Translations under genes and position numbers: made by a program
The notes under the pieces: generated by a model
What the model was told of the DNA's origin: nothing
Database searches by the model: none
Seen by the model: only the letters and a program-made list of their open reading frames with translations
In this document: piece by piece, positions 24,853 to 32,000 of the stretch
Numbering within the stretch: the first letter of the stretch is position 1
Layout of the letters: each line of letters starts with the position of its first letter
Assembly: GCF_001306055.1 (NCBI RefSeq)
Contig: NZ_LGHJ01000011.1
Span: 90,001 to 122,000, forward strand
Direction: 5' to 3'
DNA length: 32,000 bases
From: Bellilinea caldifistulae
Lineage (GTDB): Bacteria; Chloroflexota; Anaerolineae; Anaerolineales; Anaerolineaceae

Positions 24853-27129
24853 GTGGAGATGATGAACACATCCAACCATCCCGATTTTCTGCAACAAAGC
24901 CCGCAGGCAGCCTTGATCGTCCGCACGGACGGCGAAATCGTGTCCGCCAACCTGCTCGCCCTCCATTTGTTGCGTTATACCGCCGATCAACTTTCGGCTC
25001 TCCCGCTTTGGCATCTCATTCCACCCGAATACCACTCCCTATTTCAGCAAACCGATCGGGAACTGGCTGCTCATTCGGGGACGGAATACGAGCTGTTCGC
25101 GCTGGATCGTGAGCAACAGCGAATACCGGTTGCCGTACGAATTTCGCCCCTGCAAGATGACCTGCTGGGCGTCGAGTTACGCGACTTGCGTCCGGTCAAA
25201 GAAGCCCGCGGTGCTCACCGCCGCCAGACTGCCGTTCTGCGTGCCGTTGCAAATGCCAGTTACCAGTTATTCCGCTCCGCTCAACCGGAAGAAGAAATCC
25301 CGTTGGTGCTGGCGCAATTGGGAAACGCCGCCGATGTCAGCCGGGTCTACATCTTTGAAAATCACTGGGAAAACGGCCAGCGGCTGTTGACCAGCCAGCG
25401 CTATGAGTGGTGCGCTGCCGGCATCCAGCCTCAAATTGACGACCCGACTTTACAAAATTTCGACTACCTGGCTGTCGGATTTGATCACTTTTTAGCCACC
25501 TTGCAGCGCGGCGAGGTCGTATCCGGGCGGGTGCGCGATTTTCCCCCCGCCGAACAGACGGAGTTCAGCCGGCAGGGCATTCTTTCCATTCTGATTATCC
25601 CCATTTTTGTTCAACAGCAGTTGTGGGGGTTCATCGGCTTTGACGAGTGCCGCAGCGAACGCACCTGGCAGCCGTATGAAGTGGACACCCTGCGGACGGC
25701 CGCCAATCTGTTTGGGGCTTTCTTTGAGCGGCGCAAAGCCGAAACCGCCCTGCGCGCCAGCGAAGAACTTTACCGTATGCTGGTCGAAAATCAAGGTTTG
25801 GGAGTTGCGCTGGTGGATGAGGGGGAGAACTTCCTTTACGTTAACCTGGAAACCGAAAAACTGTTTGGGGTTGAGCCCGGCAGTTTAACCGGCCGCAACC
25901 TGAGCGAATTTCTCTCCGCCGATCAAATGCAGGTGGTGCTGGAACAAACCGCCCTGCGCCGCAAGGGCTTCCGCAGCCATTATGAAATCGAGATTGTCCT
26001 TCCCAATCAGCAACGGCGCATCCTCTCCGTCCATGCCACGCCCCATTTTGACGAGAGGGGCCGGTTCATCGGTGCGTTCGGCGTTTTTACCGACATCACC
26101 GATCAGAAACGCATGGAGCAGCGTATCCGCAACCTGTTGATGATCGAACAGTCTCACCGGCGCGAATCGGAAGCCCTGCGGGAAGCCATCAGCGCCTTGA
26201 TTCACGATTTGAACTCGAAACAGGCCGCCAAACAGGTGCTGACCGGTCTGGCGCGCATTCTTCCCTACGACCGCTGTGCGCTGTACCTGCAGCAGCGGGA
26301 TCGGTTTTATCTGGCAGGCAAAATCGGTTACCCACCCGGCGCTCCGCCGCCTTCCCTGACCGCCGTTCACCCCCTGGTGCAGGAAATCCAATCTGCCGTG
26401 CGGTTTGTCAATCACATCCAGGATGAGCGCCAACTGGAATGGCTGGGAGAAACCGGCAAGGGAATTGCCTGGATGAGCATCCCGCTTCGCTGGAACAACC
26501 GCCCCATCGGACTGATTTGGGCCATTCGTTCGGCTCCTTCCACCTTCAAGAATAATGAGGTTGCCCTCGCGGAGACCTTTGCCGGGCCGGCAGCCCTTTC
26601 CATTCAGAACAGCCGTCTGTACAGCCAGACCCAGCGGCTGGCTACGCTTGACCCGCTGACCGGTCTGCTCAACCGCCGTTCCATCTTCGAGGCCGGCGAG
26701 AGGGAACTGCTGCGCGCCCACCGTTATGCCGAACCGTTCAGCCTGCTGGTGATCGATCTGGATCATTTCAAAGAGATTAACGACACCTATGGACATCTGA
26801 TTGGAGATGACCTGATCAAGAAGGTGGCCCGGCGGATGAAACACGCCCTGCGTTCCAGCGATCTGATCGGCAGGCCCGGCGGGGATGAGTTCATCGTTTT
26901 GTTAATCAAAACCACGCCTGCCGAAGCAGTCATGGTTGCCGGTCGGCTGCTCAATGCCCTGCGGGAACGGCCTTTTCGGCTGGAGGGTAATACTCATCAC
27001 ATCACGGCCAGCATCGGCGCAGCCGGTCTGGATGACCCCTCAGCCAGCCTGCAATCGCTGATCCAGCGGGCGGATGCGGCTATGTACACCGCCAAACAAA
27101 ACGGTGGAAATCAGGTGCAGGTGGGATGA
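24853..27129 (+). CDS. PAS-GAF-PAS-GAF-GGDEF diguanylate cyclase
   Basis: 758-aa ORF (GTG start). The GGDEF active site is RPGGDEFIVLL, with an RxxD I-site (RSSD) five residues upstream. DHFKEINDTYGH is also present. Confidence 0.9.
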   Translation: MEMMNTSNHPDFLQQSPQAALIVRTDGEIVSANLLALHLLRYTADQLSALPLWHLIPPEYHSLFQQTDRELAAHSGTEYELFALDREQQRIPVAVRISPLQDDLLGVELRDLRPVKEARGAHRRQTAVLRAVANASYQLFRSAQPEEEIPLVLAQLGNAADVSRVYIFENHWENGQRLLTSQRYEWCAAGIQPQIDDPTLQNFDYLAVGFDHFLATLQRGEVVSGRVRDFPPAEQTEFSRQGILSILIIPIFVQQQLWGFIGFDECRSERTWQPYEVDTLRTAANLFGAFFERRKAETALRASEELYRMLVENQGLGVALVDEGENFLYVNLETEKLFGVEPGSLTGRNLSEFLSADQMQVVLEQTALRRKGFRSHYEIEIVLPNQQRRILSVHATPHFDERGRFIGAFGVFTDITDQKRMEQRIRNLLMIEQSHRRESEALREAISALIHDLNSKQAAKQVLTGLARILPYDRCALYLQQRDRFYLAGKIGYPPGAPPPSLTAVHPLVQEIQSAVRFVNHIQDERQLEWLGETGKGIAWMSIPLRWNNRPIGLIWAIRSAPSTFKNNEVALAETFAGPAALSIQNSRLYSQTQRLATLDPLTGLLNRRSIFEAGERELLRAHRYAEPFSLLVIDLDHFKEINDTYGHLIGDDLIKKVARRMKHALRSSDLIGRPGGDEFIVLLIKTTPAEAVMVAGRLLNALRERPFRLEGNTHHITASIGAAGLDDPSASLQSLIQRADAAMYTAKQNGGNQVQVG

Positions 27130-27142
27130 AAACCAACCGGTT

Positions 27143-30100
27143 TCAGCGGCGGATGACCGGCAAAAACAGCCGGCTACCCTGAATGACCAGCAGCCTTTCG
27201 AGGCTCTGCTCAAAAGACGGACAGGCCTCCGAATGAGCGGTAAGCCGCAGACGGTTTGTCTCTCCCGGCGGTGCGTTCTCCGGCGGAGCAATGGGGAGGT
27301 AAAGCAGGGCGCTTTCCCCCATCTGGATTGGGCCGACATCCGGCGTAACCACCCTCCAGTTGCGCTGATCTACCGCCGAGAGACGAAAGGTATCGGCAGC
27401 ATTGCCAGTGTTGGTGAGGACAATTTGAAGCAGATAATCCTGACCCGCACTCAGGGGAGGAATGTCCTCCGGCACGCTCCATTGCAGACCGCACCGCTGA
27501 ACGGTCAACTCGAGACTGGCTGCCGCCCACACGGAAGAATTTTCCTGGCTCCGAGCCGTCAGATCCAGCCTGTATTTTGATTCCGGTGCAGCCGAGTCCG
27601 GCAACCGGACTTCAACCCGGATCTCCTGAGACTCACCGGCGTTCAGGACAAACGACGGTGGGGACGGATCTGCCGGCAATTCGCCACTGATGCTGATTTC
27701 AACCCGCTCGTTCTGCCCGCCGATGTTGCTGACCTGCCACACAAACGAAGCGGCAGCCCCGGCAGGTAAGATGGCGGACTGCTCCGCCGGGCTGATTGCC
27801 AGCCGGCGCACGGGCGATTCGGCACGGCAGGCAACCGCCTCAAACTCATCCAGCGCCAGGCCCTCAGCGGATTGTTCATCCGCCCCGCTCGCCACCACAA
27901 ACCGCAGGCGGACTTCCTGCTCGCGATACGCGGTCAGGTCAACAGCCAGCGGCGACCAATCCCGCCGATGACACCAGGCCGGGCTACCGCCCAGCGGGTT
28001 GCCAAACGAAACCGCCAGAGTGCCCTCGTAAGGCGGGTTGAGAAGCCCCTCTGATCCAGCCCTGAACCAGGTTTGACCATCATCGGTGGAAATTTCCAGT
28101 AAACCCCCGTCCAGACAGGCCGGCGGTTCGCCAAATTCGTAAGCCATCTCGGCGCGCACCCACACCGCCAGTACGCTCGCATCGTCCGGCAAAGAAAGAA
28201 GGGGAGAAGTCAGGGTTTTTTGCGAAATCTCAGCCGGCGCGGCTGCCCGGGCTACCCCGCCGCGGCCAAAAGCGCCGCTCACCTCCCAGCCGTTTTGCAG
28301 AAGCCAGCCGTCGGTGGGGACGGCATCGAAGGACTGCCTGTACAGCAACTCGCTCTGGCTGCCAAACGGGCACTCACCGGGCGGCGGCAGGGTGGTAAAT
28401 TGTGCGACCGGCGAATAATCACCCGCCCCGCAGCCGTTTTTGGCACGCACCCGCCAGTAATAAGTCTGGCTGGGCTGCAGCTCCCGGCTGAGCGTGAGGG
28501 TTGTCTGGGCAATATCCTCAAAGACCTCCACGATTGGACTGAAATCGGCGTCCAGACCAATCTGCACATCATAACCATCCGCCCCGCTGACCGCTGACCA
28601 GCTCAATTGGGGACGCAGACTGACCCGCATGGCGCCGTTCGCCGGCAGCAGCGGCAGGGGTTTGTCCGAAGGCGCCGCCGGGCGCACCATCAGGGATAAA
28701 GCCGCTGCCTGCTGAAATGCGCTGCTCAGCCCCTGCACGGTGAGAGGAAAGTACCCCGCCGGAAGTTCAGCGGGAATGGTGAGGGTGAGCGCGGCGCTGC
28801 CGGGTGAACCGACCGGGTTGGGTGAAAATGTGCCGCTCACGCCTTGCGGAGGATTGAGCAGCGAGAGGGCCACCATCTGGGTCAGGCTGCTGGCAAGACC
28901 AACCTCCACCGATGGGCTGGAAGCCAGGCCGCCGCAAACCGACAGGGTGTTGGGTTCAAGCGAAAGGGAAAAACGCCGGGGAGCATCCAGCCACAGCCGC
29001 AGGGTTGGGTCGCCCCACAGACTGTACATCTCGTAATACTGTTTGACCAGCGTTTCGCCCGGCAGATAGTACCCGCCAAATGCCAGGAAGGCGGTGCGCA
29101 GGGCTTCTCCCAACGGCGGCGGAGCAGCCGCGTTAGAAAACAATCCATGGAACAGTTCCCTCTCCAGCCGCTCGTCCGCAGTGTGGGTGGTGTCTGCCCC
29201 GGCAGCAATCACCGCCAGAGCGCCGGAGGTGGGGTGCAGCAGCCACGCTTCGGCAAAGGAGGTCTGTTCCTCGTCGAGTTCGGCGGTGCGGCTGGCGAAA
29301 CTGACCAGCAGCGGCAGGGGCGGGCCGGTGAGAGCCGTCACATCCTCCGCCGTAAAATACGGTGACATCCACCCCGGTCTGCTGCCCTGACCAAAGTAGA
29401 CGGCCAGCCCGCGGCCCTCGTTCAGGGCAGCAGCAAGGTCGGTTTTTGCGGCGGCGTATGCATGGACGTACAACCGGTCACCGCCCGGCTGCGGGTTGTT
29501 CGGAAACCGCCCATCAAACCCAGCCGGTTGGGTGTATTGCTCAATCATCTGGTTGTGGATGCTTTCGTTGGCTTCGTCGCCGGCAACGAAAGCAACCCGC
29601 CCCAGCCATGCCTGACTGCCGTCCAGCGCCCGGTAGTCGGCCCATTTCGCCAGCACGGCTTGCAGTTCGGCAGTCGAATGCACCGGCAGACGGGCATAAG
29701 CCAGGTTGGGGGTGTAGTCCCACGCACCGTCCAGCGTGGCGTAGTAGAGGTCGGTGGAGGTGGATAGACCGTTGCGGCTCGGCCAGGCCGGCAGCATGCC
29801 CACATCCCCCACCAGCAGTAAAAACTGCGGCGAATAGAAAAGAATTACGGCACGGATTTGCGCGGCCGAAGACCCGATTTGAGAGAGGGTCTTAAAAATG
29901 ACATCGTATCCCTCAGCCTGTTTTGCGGCAATGTAACCCGCCAGCGCCGGCGCAAACTCATCCGGCGCAATGATCAGGTAACGCGACGGAGCAGACTGGG
30001 CTTCCGTCATGTTGCTGGCGCTCGCCAAAACCCCCTGCGGTTGAGCGGCGAATGCCGCTGCGCGCAGGGGGTTGCTTCGTTCCATCAGGGGAAGGACGGC

Positions 30101-30187
30101 CACCCACACCGTCAGCAAGAGCCCGCATATCCGCCAAGCCAACCGAACACCCCGCCGCTGTGTGCGCATCGTCCACCTCCCGCCCAT
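27143..30187 (-). CDS. Secreted multidomain peptidase-C25 (gingipain)-like protein with substituted catalytic positions, an FN3-like domain and beta-sandwich domains
   Basis: 1,014-aa ORF with a signal/anchor MRTQRRGVRLAWRICGLLLTVWVAVLPL. The C25-like core reads YLIIAPDEF...LLLVGDVGMLPAW...TDLYYATLDG...ARLPV...VYFGQGSRPGW...LLVSFASRTAE...SFAEAWL. The FN3-like region reads LRPQLSWSAVSGADGYDVQ...YYWRVRAKN. The protein ends in LFLPVIRR. Confidence 0.85.
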   Translation of the reverse strand: MGGRWTMRTQRRGVRLAWRICGLLLTVWVAVLPLMERSNPLRAAAFAAQPQGVLASASNMTEAQSAPSRYLIIAPDEFAPALAGYIAAKQAEGYDVIFKTLSQIGSSAAQIRAVILFYSPQFLLLVGDVGMLPAWPSRNGLSTSTDLYYATLDGAWDYTPNLAYARLPVHSTAELQAVLAKWADYRALDGSQAWLGRVAFVAGDEANESIHNQMIEQYTQPAGFDGRFPNNPQPGGDRLYVHAYAAAKTDLAAALNEGRGLAVYFGQGSRPGWMSPYFTAEDVTALTGPPLPLLVSFASRTAELDEEQTSFAEAWLLHPTSGALAVIAAGADTTHTADERLERELFHGLFSNAAAPPPLGEALRTAFLAFGGYYLPGETLVKQYYEMYSLWGDPTLRLWLDAPRRFSLSLEPNTLSVCGGLASSPSVEVGLASSLTQMVALSLLNPPQGVSGTFSPNPVGSPGSAALTLTIPAELPAGYFPLTVQGLSSAFQQAAALSLMVRPAAPSDKPLPLLPANGAMRVSLRPQLSWSAVSGADGYDVQIGLDADFSPIVEVFEDIAQTTLTLSRELQPSQTYYWRVRAKNGCGAGDYSPVAQFTTLPPPGECPFGSQSELLYRQSFDAVPTDGWLLQNGWEVSGAFGRGGVARAAAPAEISQKTLTSPLLSLPDDASVLAVWVRAEMAYEFGEPPACLDGGLLEISTDDGQTWFRAGSEGLLNPPYEGTLAVSFGNPLGGSPAWCHRRDWSPLAVDLTAYREQEVRLRFVVASGADEQSAEGLALDEFEAVACRAESPVRRLAISPAEQSAILPAGAAASFVWQVSNIGGQNERVEISISGELPADPSPPSFVLNAGESQEIRVEVRLPDSAAPESKYRLDLTARSQENSSVWAAASLELTVQRCGLQWSVPEDIPPLSAGQDYLLQIVLTNTGNAADTFRLSAVDQRNWRVVTPDVGPIQMGESALLYLPIAPPENAPPGETNRLRLTAHSEACPSFEQSLERLLVIQGSRLFLPVIRR

Positions 30188-30265
30188 GCAAATGACTCAC
30201 CCTCAGTGAGGATTGTAGCATAAACGGTATCTGTTCGGTTGGAAAAATGTCGGGGAGATAGCGGC

Positions 30266-31789
30266 CTACTGGCGAATCTCCACCACCACGCCGTTTTGCG
30301 CCCAGTTGTAAAGCCACTCGGCTGCCGGCAGGTCGAGGATGATACAGCCGTAGGAAACCGGCCGGCCGAGGCTGCCGGCCCACAGCCGCCGCCCGCCGGA
30401 AAGAGTCGGCAACCCGTGGATACCGTTCATAAATCCCGGCCAGGCTTCGTAAATCCCCAAAAAGTACGGCATGGTCAAATCCCACACCGAGGCGTAGGCT
30501 TCCTGTACATGACTCTGCACCTGAAACACGCCCGGTTGGGTGGGCGAACGGTCAATGCCGGTGCTGATGATGAATTCGCGGATGGGCTGGTCGTTTTCAA
30601 ACACCGTCATGCGCTGTGCCGAAATGAAAATCAGAATCCGCTTGCCGACCACCACCGGCAGCGGCAGCAAATCACTGCGCGAGGGAATGGTCAGGGTGCT
30701 GCCGGACGGCAACACATCCGGGTTGAGGCCGGGGTTGGCGCGTAAAATCATCCACGCCGGAATCTGGACGCGGTAGGAGATGGACAGCAGCGTATCGCCC
30801 GGTTGGACGGTGTAGGTCGTCGGTGGATGGCGCAGGATGACGGTGTAGGGTGTGCCGCTCGCCCAACGCTCGCTCAGGTTGTAGGGGTCAGGCGGCAACC
30901 AGACGGTGCGCCCGTCCGTCAACCGGCTTTGCAGCCCGTCCAGATACGCCGGAAAAGCCCCCTCATCCAGCCGCAGGCGCGGTTCGTCGTCCTGCCATTC
31001 CACCCTCACCCACTCGGCCAGTTGAGCGGGCGGCACGTCCCAAACTTCCCGCTTGTCCAGAATTGGGTCGTAACCCTCAACCCGCAGCGGGCGGTTGAGT
31101 TGGGTAAGCAGTTCGGGCAGGCGCGCTTCCAGCGCAGCCGTGGAAGAAGGCACCGGCCTGGTGACCAGAGTCAGAACCCCGCTGCGAACGGCCAGGGCAG
31201 CGTTCTGCTCCAGCCAGCGCACGGTGGCTTCCACGTCCAGCGCCAACCCGGCTTCACCGGGAGCGGCAGCCCAGCCACCATTGTCGTAGCGCAAAGCCGG
31301 CGGCTGCGGCGGGCGTTCAACCAGCCCCCGCCAGTTGCGCAACTGCTCCACCGCCAGCCTCGGGCTGACCACCACCACCGGACTGACTTGCAGCGGGCGG
31401 CGGTCGAAAATCACCTCGGCCAGTTCCTGCCAGCGCCGCTCACCGCGACCCACCTGATAGGCTTGCTTTGCCGTCGCCGCCGGATCCACCCACACGCCGA
31501 AATCCAGCGGTTTGGCCTGCCAGTAACGCTGACCGTCGGTCACCAGCCAAACCCGCTCACGGTTCCACTGCTGGTCAATCCGCGCTGCGGCTTGCGCCTC
31601 GCTCAACCCGCCGATGGCAGTTTCGCCCACCATCACGCGCGGTGCCACCGGCCCGCCAAACCGGAAGATCAGATACACCCCAAACAGTCCCCAGCCCGCC
31701 AGCAGCAAAAGCGCCAGCACGCTGAGCGCCCAGACGGCCCAGCGCGGCTGCCACCTGACCAGCGAGGATGAGCGGGGTGAATGTCCCAT
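30266..31789 (-). CDS. Membrane-anchored L,D-transpeptidase (YkuD domain) with a LysM domain
   Basis: 507-aa ORF with an N-terminal TM helix. The LysM domain reads YTVQPGDTLLSISYRVQIPAWMILRANPGLNPDVLPSGSTLTIP. The YkuD core reads NGIHGLP...VSYGCIIL. Confidence 0.85.
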   Translation of the reverse strand: MGHSPRSSSLVRWQPRWAVWALSVLALLLLAGWGLFGVYLIFRFGGPVAPRVMVGETAIGGLSEAQAAARIDQQWNRERVWLVTDGQRYWQAKPLDFGVWVDPAATAKQAYQVGRGERRWQELAEVIFDRRPLQVSPVVVVSPRLAVEQLRNWRGLVERPPQPPALRYDNGGWAAAPGEAGLALDVEATVRWLEQNAALAVRSGVLTLVTRPVPSSTAALEARLPELLTQLNRPLRVEGYDPILDKREVWDVPPAQLAEWVRVEWQDDEPRLRLDEGAFPAYLDGLQSRLTDGRTVWLPPDPYNLSERWASGTPYTVILRHPPTTYTVQPGDTLLSISYRVQIPAWMILRANPGLNPDVLPSGSTLTIPSRSDLLPLPVVVGKRILIFISAQRMTVFENDQPIREFIISTGIDRSPTQPGVFQVQSHVQEAYASVWDLTMPYFLGIYEAWPGFMNGIHGLPTLSGGRRLWAGSLGRPVSYGCIILDLPAAEWLYNWAQNGVVVEIRQ

Positions 31790-31833
31790 GCGGTTAAGAC
31801 GCCGTCAGCCGGGGCTGGTTCCCCAACGCCGCT

Positions 31834-32000
31834 TCAGCGCACCGGGCGCGGGTAACCCCACCCGTGCAAACGCACCTGCTGCGGATCGGTGTGCCAGATG
31901 CCGGGGATGTGCGTACCGCAGCGTGGGCAATTTCCCTCGGCCGTCAGCCGGTAATCGGTGACAATGTAGCCGCGCCGCGCCACAACGGTTTCGCCGCATT
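31834..32000 (-). CDS. C-terminal end of a radical-SAM-like enzyme (AmmeMemoRadiSam/PflA-activase-like tail); gene starts beyond the window
   Basis: Manual translation of the frame not listed in the track gives ...CGETVVARRGYIVTDYRLTAEGNCPRCGTHIPGIWHTDPQQVRLHGWGYPRPVR*. The CPxCG...IPG tail and GC3-rich codons look more genuine than the listed ORF 31805..31999. Confidence 0.4.
   Translation of the reverse strand, partial: CGETVVARRGYIVTDYRLTAEGNCPRCGTHIPGIWHTDPQQVRLHGWGYPRPVR

Noticed and set aside
31805-31999. 64-aa minus-strand ORF listed in the track (MRRNRCGAARLHCHRLPADGRGKL...)
   Set aside because: It is Arg-rich nonsense. The neighbouring frame, open to the window edge, gives a plausible radical-SAM-type C-terminus ending at 31834 and was annotated instead.
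1-32000. Searched by eye for prophage, transposon or defence-island hallmarks: integrase, transposase, terminal inverted repeats, toxin-antitoxin pairs, restriction-modification genes, nuclease/helicase/ATPase defence genes
   Set aside because: None were recognised. Every ORF above about 90 aa outside shadow frames is accounted for by housekeeping, transport, signalling or surface functions. I therefore make no claim of a mobile element or immune system.

Overview
This is a high-GC bacterial chromosomal window, roughly 60-65% GC in most genes when sampled by eye. I see no rRNA, tRNA, CRISPR array, transposase or integrase. The gene style suggests a Chloroflexota-like organism: nuoABC, a lipoprotein-anchored peptide ABC importer, Pro/Thr-rich anchored proteins and short LPxIxR C-terminal tails. 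That assignment is inference only. From left to right the window contains the following. (1) The start of a nuo operon (nuoA-nuoB-nuoC', minus strand). (2) An M28 aminopeptidase. (3) A 2-TM/RCK channel-like protein without a K+ selectivity filter. (4) A large polytopic membrane protein. (5) azlCD. (6) A Pro/Thr-rich anchored protein. (7) A five-gene peptide/nickel-type ABC importer in the order D-F-A-B-C with its own promoter and terminator. (8) A signal-less class-A beta-lactamase-like hydrolase. (9) A lower-GC two-gene secreted module of unknown function behind a near-consensus promoter and a structured leader. (10) A SorC/LsrR-type regulator co-transcribed with a 1,309-aa four-domain fusion enzyme (FGGY kinase + D-2-hydroxyacid dehydrogenase + SCP2 + class II aldolase), with a divergent MFS transporter. 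(11) A divergent HD-GYP / GGDEF c-di-GMP pair. (12) A 1,014-aa secreted gingipain (C25)-like protein whose catalytic His and Cys positions read Gln and Ser. (13) A LysM L,D-transpeptidase. (14) The 3' end of a radical-SAM-like gene. The best candidate for an undescribed system is the regulator + fusion enzyme + transporter locus at about 16.5-22.8 kb. Secondary candidates are the secreted two-gene module at 14.7-16.4 kb, a shared C-terminal LPxIxR tail on two secreted proteins, and the pseudo-gingipain. All functional calls come from motif recognition by eye and remembered family signatures, not from searches. Coordinates of small motifs may be off by 1-2 nt.
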